Source: Chromera velia
Lineage: Eukaryota
Assembly: GCA_018398765.1 (NCBI GenBank)
Contig: JAHBMJ010000084.1
Location: forward strand, 1-57,465
Direction: 5' to 3'
DNA: 57,465 bases
The notes under the pieces are model-generated. The model worked only from the letters and a program-made list of their open reading frames with translations, was not told the origin of the DNA and made no database searches. Positions 12,241 to 26,900 of this stretch are shown piece by piece (positions within the stretch are counted from its first letter, which is position 1; every line of letters begins with the position of its first letter). A program made the translations under genes and the position numbers.

Positions 12241-13360
12241 ATCAGATTCTTCCGGCTCCCGGGATTCTAAGCAATCCGATGTCTGGCCATTGATATTGGA
12301 ATGCCAGCCAAACTGCAGTAAACGACTGGAAGCGCCACAGTGGCCGCCGCCACATCTGGATTTGAGTCATTGTGTTGCACATTGGCAACAAAGTTTATAT
12401 AAAAGAACCGGATTTGATGTAACCTCTATAAATCTCTATTAAAAAAGTTTCAAGTGAAGTTGATTTAAATAAAATATAATTTCAAATAAAGTTTTTTTTC
12501 TTTTTTACCGCGGTGATACGTTAATAGGAGATTTAAAGCTTGTTTTTCAGTCAAAGTTGAAAAAATATTGAGCCTAGAATACTAGTTTAATACAAGAATT
12601 AAAATATTTTTATTTATATTGCTAGATTTATTATTTTTTTAAAAGTTTTGTACCTGAACCTAAATATAAAGTTACTGTCAGAATCTTGCGTTTTCATAAC
12701 TTGGTGGCACACTTAATACAGAAAATTGCTGGTCGAGTAATGAGCAGTGCCATTGGTAAGTAAATTGGCGTAATCAACGATCCGTACTAAAAAAATCAAT
12801 TCAAGTTTTGAAAGTATATATAAGAACTGACAAAAACAACTTTAAAAAAAAAAATGAAATGCTAAATGAATTGCTGAATATCTACTAAATCGATCAATGA
12901 ATCAATGAATAACTAAATTGTAATATTGATACTATCAAATTTCTGTTTTAGAATTTCAACTTATAAAAACAATTAAATGAATTCAGAACAGTTGCCAGCG
13001 TCGCTGCGTTACTGCAATTACTGCGATTTTGACGTGTTATTGATTCATTTAACTAGTCATTCAATTAATTTAATAAAGTTGAGTTAAGCCTGAGATCTGA
13101 GCAGGACCGACCCTGCTGATCCCAGAAAATTGTTTTCCAGCTGATCAATCAGTAGATTCACCGATTAATCACCACTCAAACTTTTCTTTCGGAAGATTTA
13201 AAGTTCCAAAATGAAGCCCGGGGCCGGGGAGATCCACATGCGGTTGTTGCACATTTTTCAGTCAATCCCAAAGGGAGAGAGACCCCAGTGACAGTTTTGC
13301 CTTCGGCATATGCGATCATGCACGGAGGTGTACTGTGCATCACAATCAAAAAGCATTCGA

Positions 13361-14932
13361 CTAGTCATCAAGCTGCGTGAGGAGTGCCACCCCTCGCCTG
13401 ACCCAGTGGTCCCCTGGAAGGTCAGAAGGCAACTTGATGAACATAACGAAGTTGGTTGAGTGGCCGGTGGTCGAGAGAGTTCCCTTTCGAGTTGATACTT
13501 TGTACACGGGACAGCTGTAGTGTGGGAAGGGCGCGATCGATGATGCCTCTTTCGGCTTCATGTGGATCATCGGGAGGGGCACGAAAAGGACTTTCGGGTC
13601 CGATTCTCGGAGGGTCCTGAGAGGGAACGAGAGAAAACAAGTGTGTGCAGCAACTAAGTGAAGCCAGAAAAGAGACGGGAAAAATGTGTGAGATTCAAAC
13701 CGGTCTCAAGGCAGAAGCAGAGATCCCCGTGTGACTGACTGACAGACGGAGAAGGACAAAAAAACACAAGGAACGCTTTCATGGAAACAATGATACTATG
13801 GATAACAAAAATCCCGATAAGACACAGGACAGAAGACCGACCGTCCCCACAACCACCCTTCAGACTGAGTGACTGACGAACGAACTGACTTTTTCGGGCG
13901 ATCATACGCGCAGCCCTCCAAGAAGAGTCCGTAAACGTACACGCCTTCCTCTGGCTCCTCTGTCGGGTCCTTCAGGGGATAGTCGAAGTCGAAATCGACC
14001 TGCAAAAATTTAAGTCGAGAAGGGCGAATCAGAGTTTGAACTTGGGTGGTCAGATTCTCTAGTTTCGAATAGCAAAAACATCAACTTTTACGCCACTGAA
14101 TAGGACTGGGTGTCGCATTCAACCCCGGGCGAAACTGTCGCTTGTAAGGAATATTGCCAGGAAGGTAGAGTGAAAAAACAATGAGGCGTGCAGAATATCT
14201 CATCCTTCACACAGGGCCAACCAACCTTATCGATTTCCACTTTGTTTCTTCGTGCGAAATTCTGAGAGGCCCCTGTGAGGAACGACTGGGTGAAGAAGAA
14301 ACCGGAAAGCCAGAAGGTGAACGGCTTGCCCTCTGCAATCCATTTCTGCAGACACAAACACAGCAAACACAAAACAAAAAGTTGCCCACAGATCAGAAAA
14401 GGAATCGAAGTAAGCTCAAGCACGCTTTGCCCCCCCTAAAACTTCTCTCACAAGAGTAAGAAAAACCTCCATCCGTTCCTGAAATCCTGTCTCGTCTCCT
14501 TCTACTTTTTGTCCCCCTCACCTGGAAGAAATTGATCCTGTCCATCAGATCGTTCACGTAACTCCCCAGCGGCTTCAGAGAGGGAAAGGACTTTCCCGCC
14601 CACATTTGAGGCACCTTCCCGTCGAAGATGGAGTTGAACGCGTCCTCCAGTTGTGCAGACAGCAGAAGGAGACCCTGAACCGCCTTTTGGATATCCTTCA
14701 GAGACGATCGGACGATCTGCGAATTGAGGAGTGGACGCAAAAAAAAAGAAGTCGGTTGAACTTGCGCTTCAATTATCATCGACGAAGGTGCAGACCGAAA
14801 GTCGGCTGGACAGCATCCAGAAAAAGACCAAAGAGGAAAGTTATCGAAAGCACAGGATATGAGCTTTCATTGTGCATACAGGCAGACAAAGCTACACAGA
14901 AACAGCTGCCCATTGGACCCTGCGCCCATAGG

Positions 14933-14963
<31 letters not shown>

Positions 14964-17015
14964 ACACACACACAAGACACATCCTAAGAGAGCAGAATAA
15001 ACGACAAAAATCCAGAAGGCCCGAATTTCTCCCGACACGCTTGACTGACCCGAATCAACCCGTTGTATCGCACCAGCTCCTGGCAGAGCACGGTGTTCAT
15101 CGACTCTTCGTAGAGCACAGGGTACCTGCACAGTCACAGAAGATAAATGAATGTCGTAATTGACGGTTATCTGAACAGATCATTACACGTAAAACGATAT
15201 TCTACCTTTCTTGAGAGCGAGAGAAGCACAAAGAACAAATGCAATTCCCCAAATACCCTGCAAAAAAGCCCGCAGACGTGAATGGACAGACGAAAAGACC
15301 TGCCATTCTCTCCCATTCTCATTTACTCACTTACTTTTGCTGCACCTCGTGTACATCCCAAGGCTCCGGCACTCTTCCAAGGATGTCCGCAGCGATAGAC
15401 CCCACGAGCTCCTCTGACGACTGCCCTCCTCCCTCCCCTCCTCCCTCTTGGCCCTGCACAAAATTAAGGAGACAAAAGGACTCGGGTGTCAAAGGCCGCA
15501 AGTCGTCCTTCAGCACAGTTAGAGACAGAAAAGAAACAAGAACCATGCACAGACTTCAAAGGTCTGTGCGCGCACACTCTGCTTTTCTGCTCAGTTCTGT
15601 TGCCGACGGAGACAACCTGAGTCTGACTTTACGTTTTCGGATTGTCTGACCCAACCATCTGATTTCTCATGATCCGCTTTCACTTATCCCATACTCGAGA
15701 CAGACATGCACACCTACCAACATGTCTTAAACACCACTTCTCACTTAGCCTCTGAGTATACTGTCTCCTCATGTGAGCACAATTGTCATGAAAGAAAAGA
15801 CACGTGACTGACCTGAGTGAGAAGGAGGTCGTCCATCATTTTGAAAGTTTCGTTCTGCTCTTTTGTAATGTTTGCATTCGCATGGAACCCGAACACAGCC
15901 GGGTCTGCAATCTGAGGGAACCCCCCTATATGGTCCAGGTAGGTCTCTACAGGGCCAGGCACCGGAATGGTGTACTCCGGACACGTGGGCCCTCCAAGTG
16001 AGAATCCTTCTTTGAACACCGAGTCGTTGTAGAACCCCTCCAGGAGGGTCACCAAGAGACGGCGGTCCTTGTCGTCTGTCACTCTGCCTCCGTAGTTGCA
16101 CTCTCCTGTGAGGTACTTGATCGCCTGCAGGAAGTCATGCAGTGGGCGGGGGTATGAGCTTCAGCGATAAAAACAAAGGTAGAAAGAGTCATTTATAGCG
16201 GACTACGCGTATTAAAAACGAGTCAAACAAGATAGGCGTGCTTTATGGGACTTTCATTTCTTTGTCTCAGCAAAGTTCCGATCCTTGAAAAGCCTTCTGA
16301 AGGCGGCTGTCAAGCACACGAACCGGTAGAGATCCGTTGCAAACTGATTGCTGTTCTTTCTGACCTTGAAAGGCGTCTCCTCAGGGTACTCTTCGATGAA
16401 CATCCTGAGCTGCCGAGCTGAAATCCTCAAGTCGGACTCGTTGAATTCGTACGGAATGTTCCACCCAATCGGGCCGAAGTTCCGTCTCTCCTGGATGACC
16501 GCGTGGAAGAAGCAAAGAGAGAAGAGGAGCTTCTTGAACTCCATCTCCTTCGTGCAGCCCTGCAAGGAAGAAATAGTGTGTGATTAATTTCTTTGTCTGC
16601 AAATTAGTCTTTTCTGTATTCATGGGCGTAAAGGAATTTCAGGATTGCTTTTAGTGAACAAGAATAGCAAAGGTTTGCGAAGAACGAATGGGATTCACAT
16701 GTGATTCTTCCTGTCTGCGTCGGTCGGCGTCCCTGACTCTCTTTGCTCTTGGACAAAAGAAGGGTCCATGACGGCTGTGAATCTATCCATCATACAGAAA
16801 AAGTGCTTTTGTCGTCATTGGATGAGTAGTGCCTTGTGACTGACGTCAAAGAACTCAGGATCAGCGATTGGGTCTTTCGTATAGGAGCCCATCACGTTCG
16901 CACGGAGTCCCTTGGGGGGCTCGTTGGTCATCTTGACTCCGTTCTGAAGGACGGAGACGGGGAACTTGATCGAAGGATAGGAGGTCAACCAGAGACGGAA
17001 CTCTCTGTGGGTCTG

Positions 17016-17076
<61 letters not shown>

Positions 17077-20000
17077 GAAACAGATCCGTATTTTCTCCGT
17101 ACTGAATGAAAGGATGATTATTTGGGCACTATTGCACATACCTCAGCGAAATTAATTCTACTGCCTAAATGGCGAAGACATCAGTTGAACAAGAATGATT
17201 TCTTCAGCCAACGATCCCCTTACTGACCTTTGTTGGGTCCATGGTCTCGCAGATCTTCTCGAGGTCTCCCATCCAGCTGGTGGCAAGATGACAGTTCTGG
17301 AGGACCACCCAGTCCCCTGTCTGTTTGGCCTCGTCAATCAACGCGGCTGCTCTCTTGCCCTGGCCCTGACCTGTGGAAGAGAAGTGGGAGGGAGGACACA
17401 GAAACAAGGCATTCGATTGGTTGGACAGGAACGACAGAATGGAGCTTATTTGGGTGATCAAAAACAAAACGGTCCCAGAACTGGATCTATTGACTGATTT
17501 CTTTCCCAATGACCGTGAGTTGTTTCTTTGATCCAGAACAGCTTGGAGAGAAGTCTTTAGTATCATGTGGACCGGTTGATAAATTGACTGACCGAGAGAA
17601 ATGGAGTCCATTTTTTTCTCTTTCGAGTCTGCAAACTTCACCACGGCCCCGAACGGATCGGAACCCGGAGAGAGAATGAAGATCAAGGGCGCCGTCTGCA
17701 TGCAGACAAAAAACACAGAGAAGAGGGTTACATGATCGCTCATAGATACGATCGCAGGTAGTTTTGCGGTTGCGAATGCGAGAAAGAGAATAAGAGAACA
17801 AGAAAAACACCTCTCTTCGCTTCATGGGTCCTGTGCTGACATCAATCAGAATTCTCACCCAAGACCGTCTTGCAGTCCAGCTCAATGAATGGAGAATCGA
17901 ATAAGAAAAATAAAAGCCATGAAGCTACGGAGACAGACACAAGGACTGACGCAAGAGGAGTCCGCATACGACCCTGCAAGATCAAAAGGCGGAGGAGAGA
18001 TAAAATCCTTTCCGATTTCCCCTTCGACTAAATCCATGATGGCAGGCACCAGTCGGTCTGGCCGCAAGCACCTGAGAACGAGGAGCATCTGGAAATCCGA
18101 CAGGCCCCCGCAGGAGGCGGGAAATTCCTCCTCGTGTGGAGAGGGGCTGTCGTAGATGGTCTTCCAGATAGAGAGGCCCTGCTGCTGCATAAAGGACGGC
18201 CCAACCGACTCGAAACCCTTGATCTTGCCTGCACGTATAGACCCACATGACACACACAAGAGAGGGGAGATATGGGTGACTGGGAATCAGTCTCGTTGCT
18301 TCATGCTTTCTTTCACTCAGTGCGGGGACTGGGCCCAAGCAGAAGGACAAAAACTTTGCACAACCCAGGATCAATGCAGATGTGTGCAATACAACACTGG
18401 TTAATTTCCGTTTATCATCCGTCGACTGACTGACTGACTGACTGACTGACTGACTGACTGAGTCTGTTGATCTCTGTCCACGTTCTCTCAGGGACCCAGT
18501 CGGCCGGTTTGGGTGGAGGTTCGATGAGTTCGTTCCCTCCTGTGAGGAGGAATCTCAGCTCCTCCGTCTCGATCTTCTCTTCAGAGAGCATCAGCCTCGA
18601 GCAGAGGAGAAAGGAGAACAGGAGCTTGTGACGCTCAAACAGGGACCTGCAGAGGGGGAGAGAGGAGGGGAGGGAGAGAATGAGACGTGCGATAAGTGGA
18701 CACACACCGAAAGAAAAAATGAATACTCGTGAAGTGCGAATAGATTTGTGTTTTGTAGCGCTGGACTAGGGACCGTCCGATCCATCAGCCGGCCGGCCAA
18801 CCGACTCACAGACATGGTGCAACAGTGGACCGCGAATATTTTGAAAGGGCCATGCACTGACCTGCAGATGTTCCTATAGAGAATCAAAGTGAAGGTGTCG
18901 TTCAGATTCGTCAGTCGTTCGCTTAGCTCAGTTGCCGGAGGAGCCCTGGCGATTGACTGCAGAGACACAGTATGACATGGAAGCAGGGAGATATGAGGAG
19001 GTCAGCCTGGGGGAAATAGTAAAAATTATGTTACCTAACAGCAGTGGGAGCGCAAAGAGTAAACACATGGTGAAAATCAAAAGATCCGGTGAGAGCAGGA
19101 GGTTGAAAAGAACTGAAAACAACGTGATTCAACCAGCTGAAATCCCCAAAGTTCCTCTCTCTGTCCACCATGCAAATCCCTACCTGAATGAAGAGGTTCA
19201 CAAAGAACGGAAGAGAGTACTGGTACATTGGGTCGATGTTTGCAAGGTCTGCAATCACAAAGAAGAGCACGGAGGCCCTGAAGGCCACAGGGACGTAACT
19301 CTGTCGGGCCTGGTCGATCCGTGCTTCGGTCTCCTCTCCAACCTGCAGACAGACAGAAAGAAAGAAAAGGAGGGGGAATTCACAACATGTGCTCCAATCA
19401 AGCCATGGGAGACGGCGGTTCTCTTCTCTCCTGCCTGACTTTCTGTATGTTTAGTCTGGTCAAGCTGATTCTTCTTTTGACAAAGCTTCTCTGATGGTTC
19501 ACAACACGGGGCGACCTCTTCCTCACTCTCTATCTTCCTATCTGCTTTTCTGACCTTCTGCTTCTCTGCGATCTCGTTGGAGAGAACTTTGGACTTCGAG
19601 AGAATGTCAATTGCACTCTCATCATCCAGAATGTTTCCTTCTGAGCTCGAGAGGACGTGCAGAATCTTATCCTCGATTTCCTTCAACTGTTTTTTGTTCT
19701 CTGCGCCCTCCACGATCAACCGGGCCTTTTCGTCCTCTAGCTCAGGCTTCTCCTTTGCCACCACAATCCCCAGCAGCTGGTCCTGGAGGCCATCCCGGGT
19801 AATCATGAAGTTCAAAAGAGTCACCTGCAAACACACACACAGGCAGGCACAGCAGAGAAAAGGCGTTGAAAAACAACACAAAAGTAGAATGCAGTCCATG
19901 CAGCGACAGTCAAGACGAAATCAAGAAAAGAGAAGGAAAGAGAGGACTAGAGTAGAGAAGAGAGGAAACGCAGATGAACGAAACAAAGAAACACAAAACC

Positions 20001-20914
20001 AATGTCGATTCACATAAGTCGAACAGACCTTCACTGCGACCTCAGGAAGATAATGAGGATTTCTCAATTTGGTGGTCACGTAAAATCTGAAAGTCGGGGA
20101 GTAATCCAGGATGTTGTCTCCAATTTTGATCATGAGCGTTCCACCCTGTTTGAAGGTCTGATTCAACAACAGAGGTTCCAAAGTGGGATCCAATTCTTCA
20201 TCAACGTTCTCAATCAGATAGTGCATCCCCATTCTGATTGCACTTTCAAGTTTCCGCACAAAGTCGGGGTCTGACAATTTGACCACGACAATCTGCGATG
20301 CCTGTCCCATCTTCTTGATCCACTTGTTTGCTTGACCCTGGGGATCGATACACAAAGGCCATCTCCGGGCCTTGCTGATGATGATTCCGTTCTCCACACT
20401 GAAGGAATCATTAGGCAACCCCTTCATGGTCCACTCCCGGATCTTGACGGGGTCTCCAAGACAGCGCTCAAGAGCGAAGTTCTCACTTCCCGGAATCTCC
20501 TTCTCCTTGCATTTCTCCACCCACGAGGCGACCTGCTCGCTTCTGAAGGCGGGCGTGAACGCACCTGCAAAGACAAAAATGTGAAACGGGTGACTTGTTT
20601 GTACCAAGAAGACTGATCGAAGTACCTCTTCCGAAAAGTGTGGATGGAACACAGAGGGGCTTGCTGCTCAATCTTTCTCCCACATCGACTTTCTTTCTCC
20701 GTATCCCTTCAGCCACCATATCCACTCACTGACCGAGGTACGCGATCAAACCGGCAGAGACGATGACATCTCCAGTCAAGTTGATGTAGTCCAGACCCAA
20801 CTGATGCGCACTCTCTGTCCATCTACTCTTCTCTCCTCCGAGAGATTCAATCAACTGCTGTGCTCTGATCAACTTCTTTTGACAGTCGTCGACCTGCACA
20901 TACACGCAAATATT

Positions 20915-20951
<37 letters not shown>

Positions 20952-23900
20952 TCACACTTGCAGTAAGCAACCAGTGAATTCAGTGCTTTGAAGTCTCTCC
21001 ACTTTCTTGCACAATCTGGACGGCCTACTTGGTTGCGTCAGTGTGTTTGAAAGGCATTCTGTGTTTCTGAATGCTTTGAGTTTTGTGTGTCTGGAAAAGG
21101 CTCGTGAATCTGACCTGTGATGACCGTGCAAGGTTTTGCACGTTGAAAATGAATCCGACTTTGCACGTTCAACTGAGAATTGTCCCTTTCTGTGCGTCGT
21201 CAACGCACGCTGAGTTGCGACATGAGTTGGAAAGAGAATCCAAAAGAAGACGCAAGAAACGGGCAAACCCAAAACGTGGTACGAGGCTACGGAAATCTCT
21301 TGACAGACCTGAGCAGCCAGGCTCGCTTTCTCTTCCTCCATTGCCTGCAGTTTTGCCTGCATCTCTGCCAGTTTGTCCTCCACCTCCTTTAGCTCGGCCT
21401 GCTTCTTCCTCAAGCCCGCCATGACGGTGCCGTATTCCTCCTCTGCAACTGCGAGGGCTGCCTTTTTGGGAGCGACGACCTTGGCGACCCTGTCGTAAGT
21501 CTCCATCGCCCTCACCCAGGAGCAGAGACCGAAGGCGGCCTTGGAGACTTTTTGGACCTGCGAACACAAAGGCAGACACACAGATGGATGGGGATTCCTT
21601 TTTGTCCCCAGAACAGTAGGGAGAGAATGAGACCGAAGCCAACACTTGAATATCATGATCGAATGACGTTGCGCGTGTCCAAAGACGTTCCGTTCAGGAA
21701 CAAAAAGAGAGAGAGACTCCAATCCTGTTTCGTGTCGCAGGGGGAAGTTGTGCAAGGCCCCACTTTGAGCTTTTACTTCGAGTCTCAAATTACATGTTGA
21801 AATGCCATTTTTAGCAAAACTTGATGAAAAACAAGGAAAGAAAAGCTGCACATCATACCAACCTTTGAAGGTTCGAAGTCCTCCTCCACAACATATTTCT
21901 GGATTTTCTTCACGATCTCCGGTTTGATGTTATCCTTATCAAACTCCTTCAAAGACTTCAAAAAGTCAGAAGCAGAAGCCATCTTCTGAGCAGGTCCCCA
22001 GAAGTCCTGTACCATCTTTCCGGACTCGTCTCTCTTCCTCTCTGGGGCAACTTCTTTCAAAATACACACAGCCTCCAAGACCAATTTGACTGGGCCTGGG
22101 GGTTTCTTCATCGCTTTGATCTCTGCAATGTCTCCCGATGTGAGAGTGTCCAGAGCTTTCACGGCAGCCTCAAGGGCCGGCATCGCCTCTGCCAGCTCTG
22201 CCTCGCACTCTGTCTTGATGGCGTTGGCTTTGGCAGCACTCTCACTCGCTGCGGCCTCCTCTCCCGCCACAACCTCTTTGATTTTTGCGGTCTTCTCCGT
22301 CTCTTCTCCGACAATAATCATCATCTTTGCAGTCTCTTCACCCTGCAAGAGTCAGACAACGAGAGGCATGATTCTTTCGATGCAGATATTAATGCAGATA
22401 CGGAAAAGAAAGACACAGAGAAATCCTCTTTTCATTACTTTCGGGGAATCAACTGGTCCTTCTATTGACAGGCACACCGACCGACCTTGACGACCAGCTT
22501 TGGCTGGAGTGCCGTGAGTTCCTCCTGCATTCCCTGCACGGACTCCTCTGTGGTCCTCAATTTTTCCAGACCAATCTCGTACCTGCTCTTTGCCGCACTG
22601 ACGATGTTCCGCTGCTCGGCTGCAAAATGCAAAGCAGGGAAAGACAGTAAGAAGAGGGGAAAAGGGAGAGATTCAAGACCGATAGCTTGCTTCACTGTTT
22701 TCTTTTCCAGCTTTGTGCATCAATATGTGGATGGAGACTGCCGTACCGGTATCCCAAACGATGAACGATTGTAAGCGACTGGAAGGGCACCGGCTCTTTT
22801 TCATGCAAAATTTTTGTAACGGCCTGTCTTTCGTTTCTGTCTCAATCTCTTGCTCTATGCGGGTGTGTGAGAGGCGGGGACTGCGCACTGACCGAGCACT
22901 TGCTTGAAGGTGTTGATAAGCTCTAAGTAGGATGTCGGGGTGGCGTAGTACTTCCTTCTCAGGGCGTTCCAGAACCGCACTGCGAGTTGCCGAGTGCTGG
23001 CGTGCATGAGGGAGCACATCTCCACGCAGGAGGTCCGGACTTGTGCCTCCATCTCGACAGACCTGCAGGCAAGAATGATGATGATGCAACAATGCATGAG
23101 TGCAAACGTGGATCGACATCCGATTTTCGGTGAGAAGAGATGAAACGATCAATCGAAATAGAAATGCTCTGAATGGAAGAACTACCAGAAAGGCAACATT
23201 TTGGGTGTTGGTGATGATTTGTAAAAGAACAGCATCAAGAGAAAGTGCGTAGCAGAGAGTGAAAAAGACAAACCTCCAAAAATGAAAAACGAAGAATGAA
23301 AGACTGACGAAAGGAATCTCTCTGCCACCGAGACAAGTGCATCCTCAGGCCACTCAGAGAACCAGTCGATGGTGCAACAGTTGACAAGAGACGGGAATTG
23401 ACGGAGACGGGCCCTGAAGGCGTCTCCGATGGGGGAGAAGCACAAGACAATGTGCAAAAGTTTTTGGCATCTTGAAACGAAATAATTGAACAGCTGTTGG
23501 GGTGTCCCTTCTGGTGCTTTGCCATCAGCTGCTGCGGCCTTCCTGACCATCTCGCACACAGCTGCCTTTTCGTCTGGAGGGAACAGATTGGGCACTTCAC
23601 CTGTATTCAAGAGATTGTTGATGTCTTCAACAAAGGACTCCTCCTTGATCTGACTGTCTGAGAATAAAAATACCTGGCCGTCTCCTTTCCCTCCTGCTCT
23701 TCTAAGCACTTCCTTGATGTCATCTGCCCACTCTGTCTTCCCGTAATGTTTTGTGATTTCAATCGAGTATACCTCAAAGTCACCCATAAAGGAGGCAAGA
23801 CGCGTCAAACTCTGCCGCCCCGACCCTCCCACTCCCACCAGAAGCGCATTGCCTCCCGGTGACTTGATGATACGGGCTACCTTGGAGAGATGCTCAATGG

Positions 23901-26900
23901 CGAATGCGAAGAGCACCAGATCCATTTTCTTGGACGCGTTGGCCTGATTCATCTGATCCAGGTAGCTCTCCACTTTCTTCTGGAGGTCCTCAAATTCCGG
24001 CATTTCATCATAAGGTCTCCTCGGGTTAGAGGGGGGGTGAAGAAGGTCTCCAAACATCAGCATGCGCATCTCATCCAAAGTGTCGACCTTGCCGTCCTTG
24101 TTGGTGTCCAAATGGGCACAAAGTTGGTCGAGTGATTGGCCGAAAGTTTTCTTCGAAATCTCTCGAAGTTGTTTCAGGAGCCACATGCGGTCGTTATCGT
24201 CAGTGAGACGGTCCCCGAAGACACGAAGAATCTCATGAATCCAGAGACGGACTACCTTGGCGGGGCCGTCTTGCTCGTTCTTTCCGAGCATCAGGACACC
24301 CAAAATGACCTGACGGGCAGAAGCGAAGAGGGGAAAATGTTTATTTCGGCAGTTGGGTAGCTGGCACCAACGCAGGTCGTGACTGGGACCAGACTAAAAA
24401 ATGGCTGGTCTCGCAGAAAGACATGGAGACGAAATCTATACAGAGAGCAAACAAAACTCCTTTCTGTTCTGCAGTCTATGCATTTTTTTGACAGACAGCC
24501 TGACTGACCTTCGAGAAATCTCTGAGGTTGAATGTGTAGTGGGACTTGAGGGGAGTCGGCAGAAGCTGTTCGCATGAGAGCTTGTACACTTCTGACGTGG
24601 CACCCACAAGCTTCTTGCTGCAAAACAAGGGATAATAACAAAACGAGATGAAGAATAACTTCAGGGACAATTGTTGACATATTCAATCACATGGAGAAAG
24701 CACTCAAAACCCAAGGGGCGAAAAGAGAAGACAAGTTCAAACAAGCAATCATTCACAACACCAATGTCTGAAGCCCACCTGAGATTCGCCACATCCGAAG
24801 GGACCCCATCAACCCCCCATTTCCAGTCGAGGATTGTGAGGAAGATCTTGCTCATGTTCTCGTCCTCCAGCTCTGGGAAGCCAATCAAGTGGAAATGGCG
24901 GCACAAACGGGGGGTGATGAAAGTTCTGCCTCCGCCTGGGGGGCCCATCGCGGCTGTGAGCATACAATCAATCATATTTCGGAAAGGGTGCAGGGCATCC
25001 TTTCGATCATACCACCCTCCATGGTCAAGATACTGTCTCAGAAGTTCAATGGGAGGCTGGGCACCCCACTTCTCTTTCAAGGGCATGTTCAGATCGTCCA
25101 CAAAGAAAATGCACCTTTTGCCGAATGGAGGACCGAAGGTGTCCTTCTTCCTCTTGTCCAATTTAGCATCGATCATGTCTTGTGTCTGGTTCTCGGACGT
25201 CTGGGCAGAGAAGCCGATGGGGATGTACGTGAATTTCTCCTTCGACAACGCCTCCAGACATGCCTGTGCGTAAACCGTCTTGCCTGTGCCCGTAGGGCCA
25301 CAGAAGAGGAACGGAATGTCGTTGTCAATGTTTAACTGGGCAATGAAGGAGAACCGCACCATGTCGACAGTCTGCACGATGAGATCTGCAGGCTGTGCAG
25401 TGGGCGCAAAGGTCTGGGCGCTCTCGATAGTCTCCATCCAGTTAACCCACCCGCCTGTGGAGGCTCTGTACACGTAGTCAAAGCAGCTGCCCCTCTCAGG
25501 GAAGTTGGGGGTGATCTTCTTGAATGGTTTCTTTGAGGTGGCAATCTGGTGTGTCAGCGTCCTCTTCAGGTTCGAGTCGAAGGGACGTCTCCCGTCTGTG
25601 CTCGTGCACGCACCCACTGACCAAATGGCCTGCAGAGACGAAAAAAGCAAAAGAGGAAGAAAGACAAAGTCTGACAGAAGTATGGATACACAGATGCATA
25701 CAAAGAGATAGACAGATGGGTAGATGCGTAGAGAGAGTAGCAGAGACACCAACCGGCACACAAAGACAAGTCTGCACTTCTTCCCCTTCCTCCCCGACCA
25801 CTGGTGCATTCAGTGGTGACCGCAAGTGTCAATGAGAGAGAGACTCACCGAGAAGATACAGAGAGCGTCCAGCCAATTTGTGCACCCCTTGTCCCCTAGT
25901 TCTGCGTATGCCGTCTCTGGGGCCTCAGGTCCGCATTTCTCCTTCAACATCGACAGGAGGACCGTCAGGTAGGACTGCACAAGGTTGTGGTTCTGGCAAG
26001 GGGAGACCTCCTGAAGGCAGGCATGAACGGGGACAGGGGAACAGAGAGAGTCAATAAGAAGGGGAATGTCAGAAGCAAATCTAAGACAGACCCCTTTGAG
26101 AAAAATCGGAAATTGCACGACGAAGGAGGGACGAAAGACGGTCCAAAACAAAACCGAAAAAATGAAAGAATGGACAGGCCCAAGAATGGAGCAATCACGC
26201 TAGAGCACAAAGTTAGCCTTCATCCATAGCCAGCGACTCCAACTCAAAAGTACAGATCGACTGACCCCGACATTGCCCTCTCTGTGCTTCTGGATGAGAA
26301 CGGTGAGGAGCCAGTCGGTCATGCCAGCCAGCTCCTGCTTTCCTGCCTCCGGGAGCTTCGGGAGTTTTTCCGGAACAGTGAAGGTCAGCCTGCGAAGCGA
26401 TGGGACGACAGAAGACCATACGCAAATAAATTTTGTGAGCAATGGAAAAAGATTGAATGAAACGAAAAAGCTTTGTAAGATGACTCCATTCTACTTTTTC
26501 TGCGGCAGAAGACTCACGCACGTTGTTCGACAAAGATGCGAGAGGTATGCACACAAAACCAATTGCAAGCAGGTGTGCCTGGACCTACCAGGAATCGATC
26601 AGGTGTTGGTGTCCCATGACTGCAGGCTCAAAGTAAACCATTCCACATCTGGACACGGTGGCAGGCGATGCCACTGCAAGATCCATGGGTTCGAAGATCA
26701 TGTTCATGTTCGGACTCATGGCAATGATCTCTCCCGACATCAGACAGAGCTTCTTGTTATCGTCCAGCACCGTGTTCATGTTCTCAATCCAGATCGCATC
26801 CACAGGACCGTCAAACACAAGCCATTTTCGCTCTTCAGAAGCGTCTCTACCGAAATTTCGATACAAAACCGCCAAAATGCCGTCAAACCACTCGTTGGAC

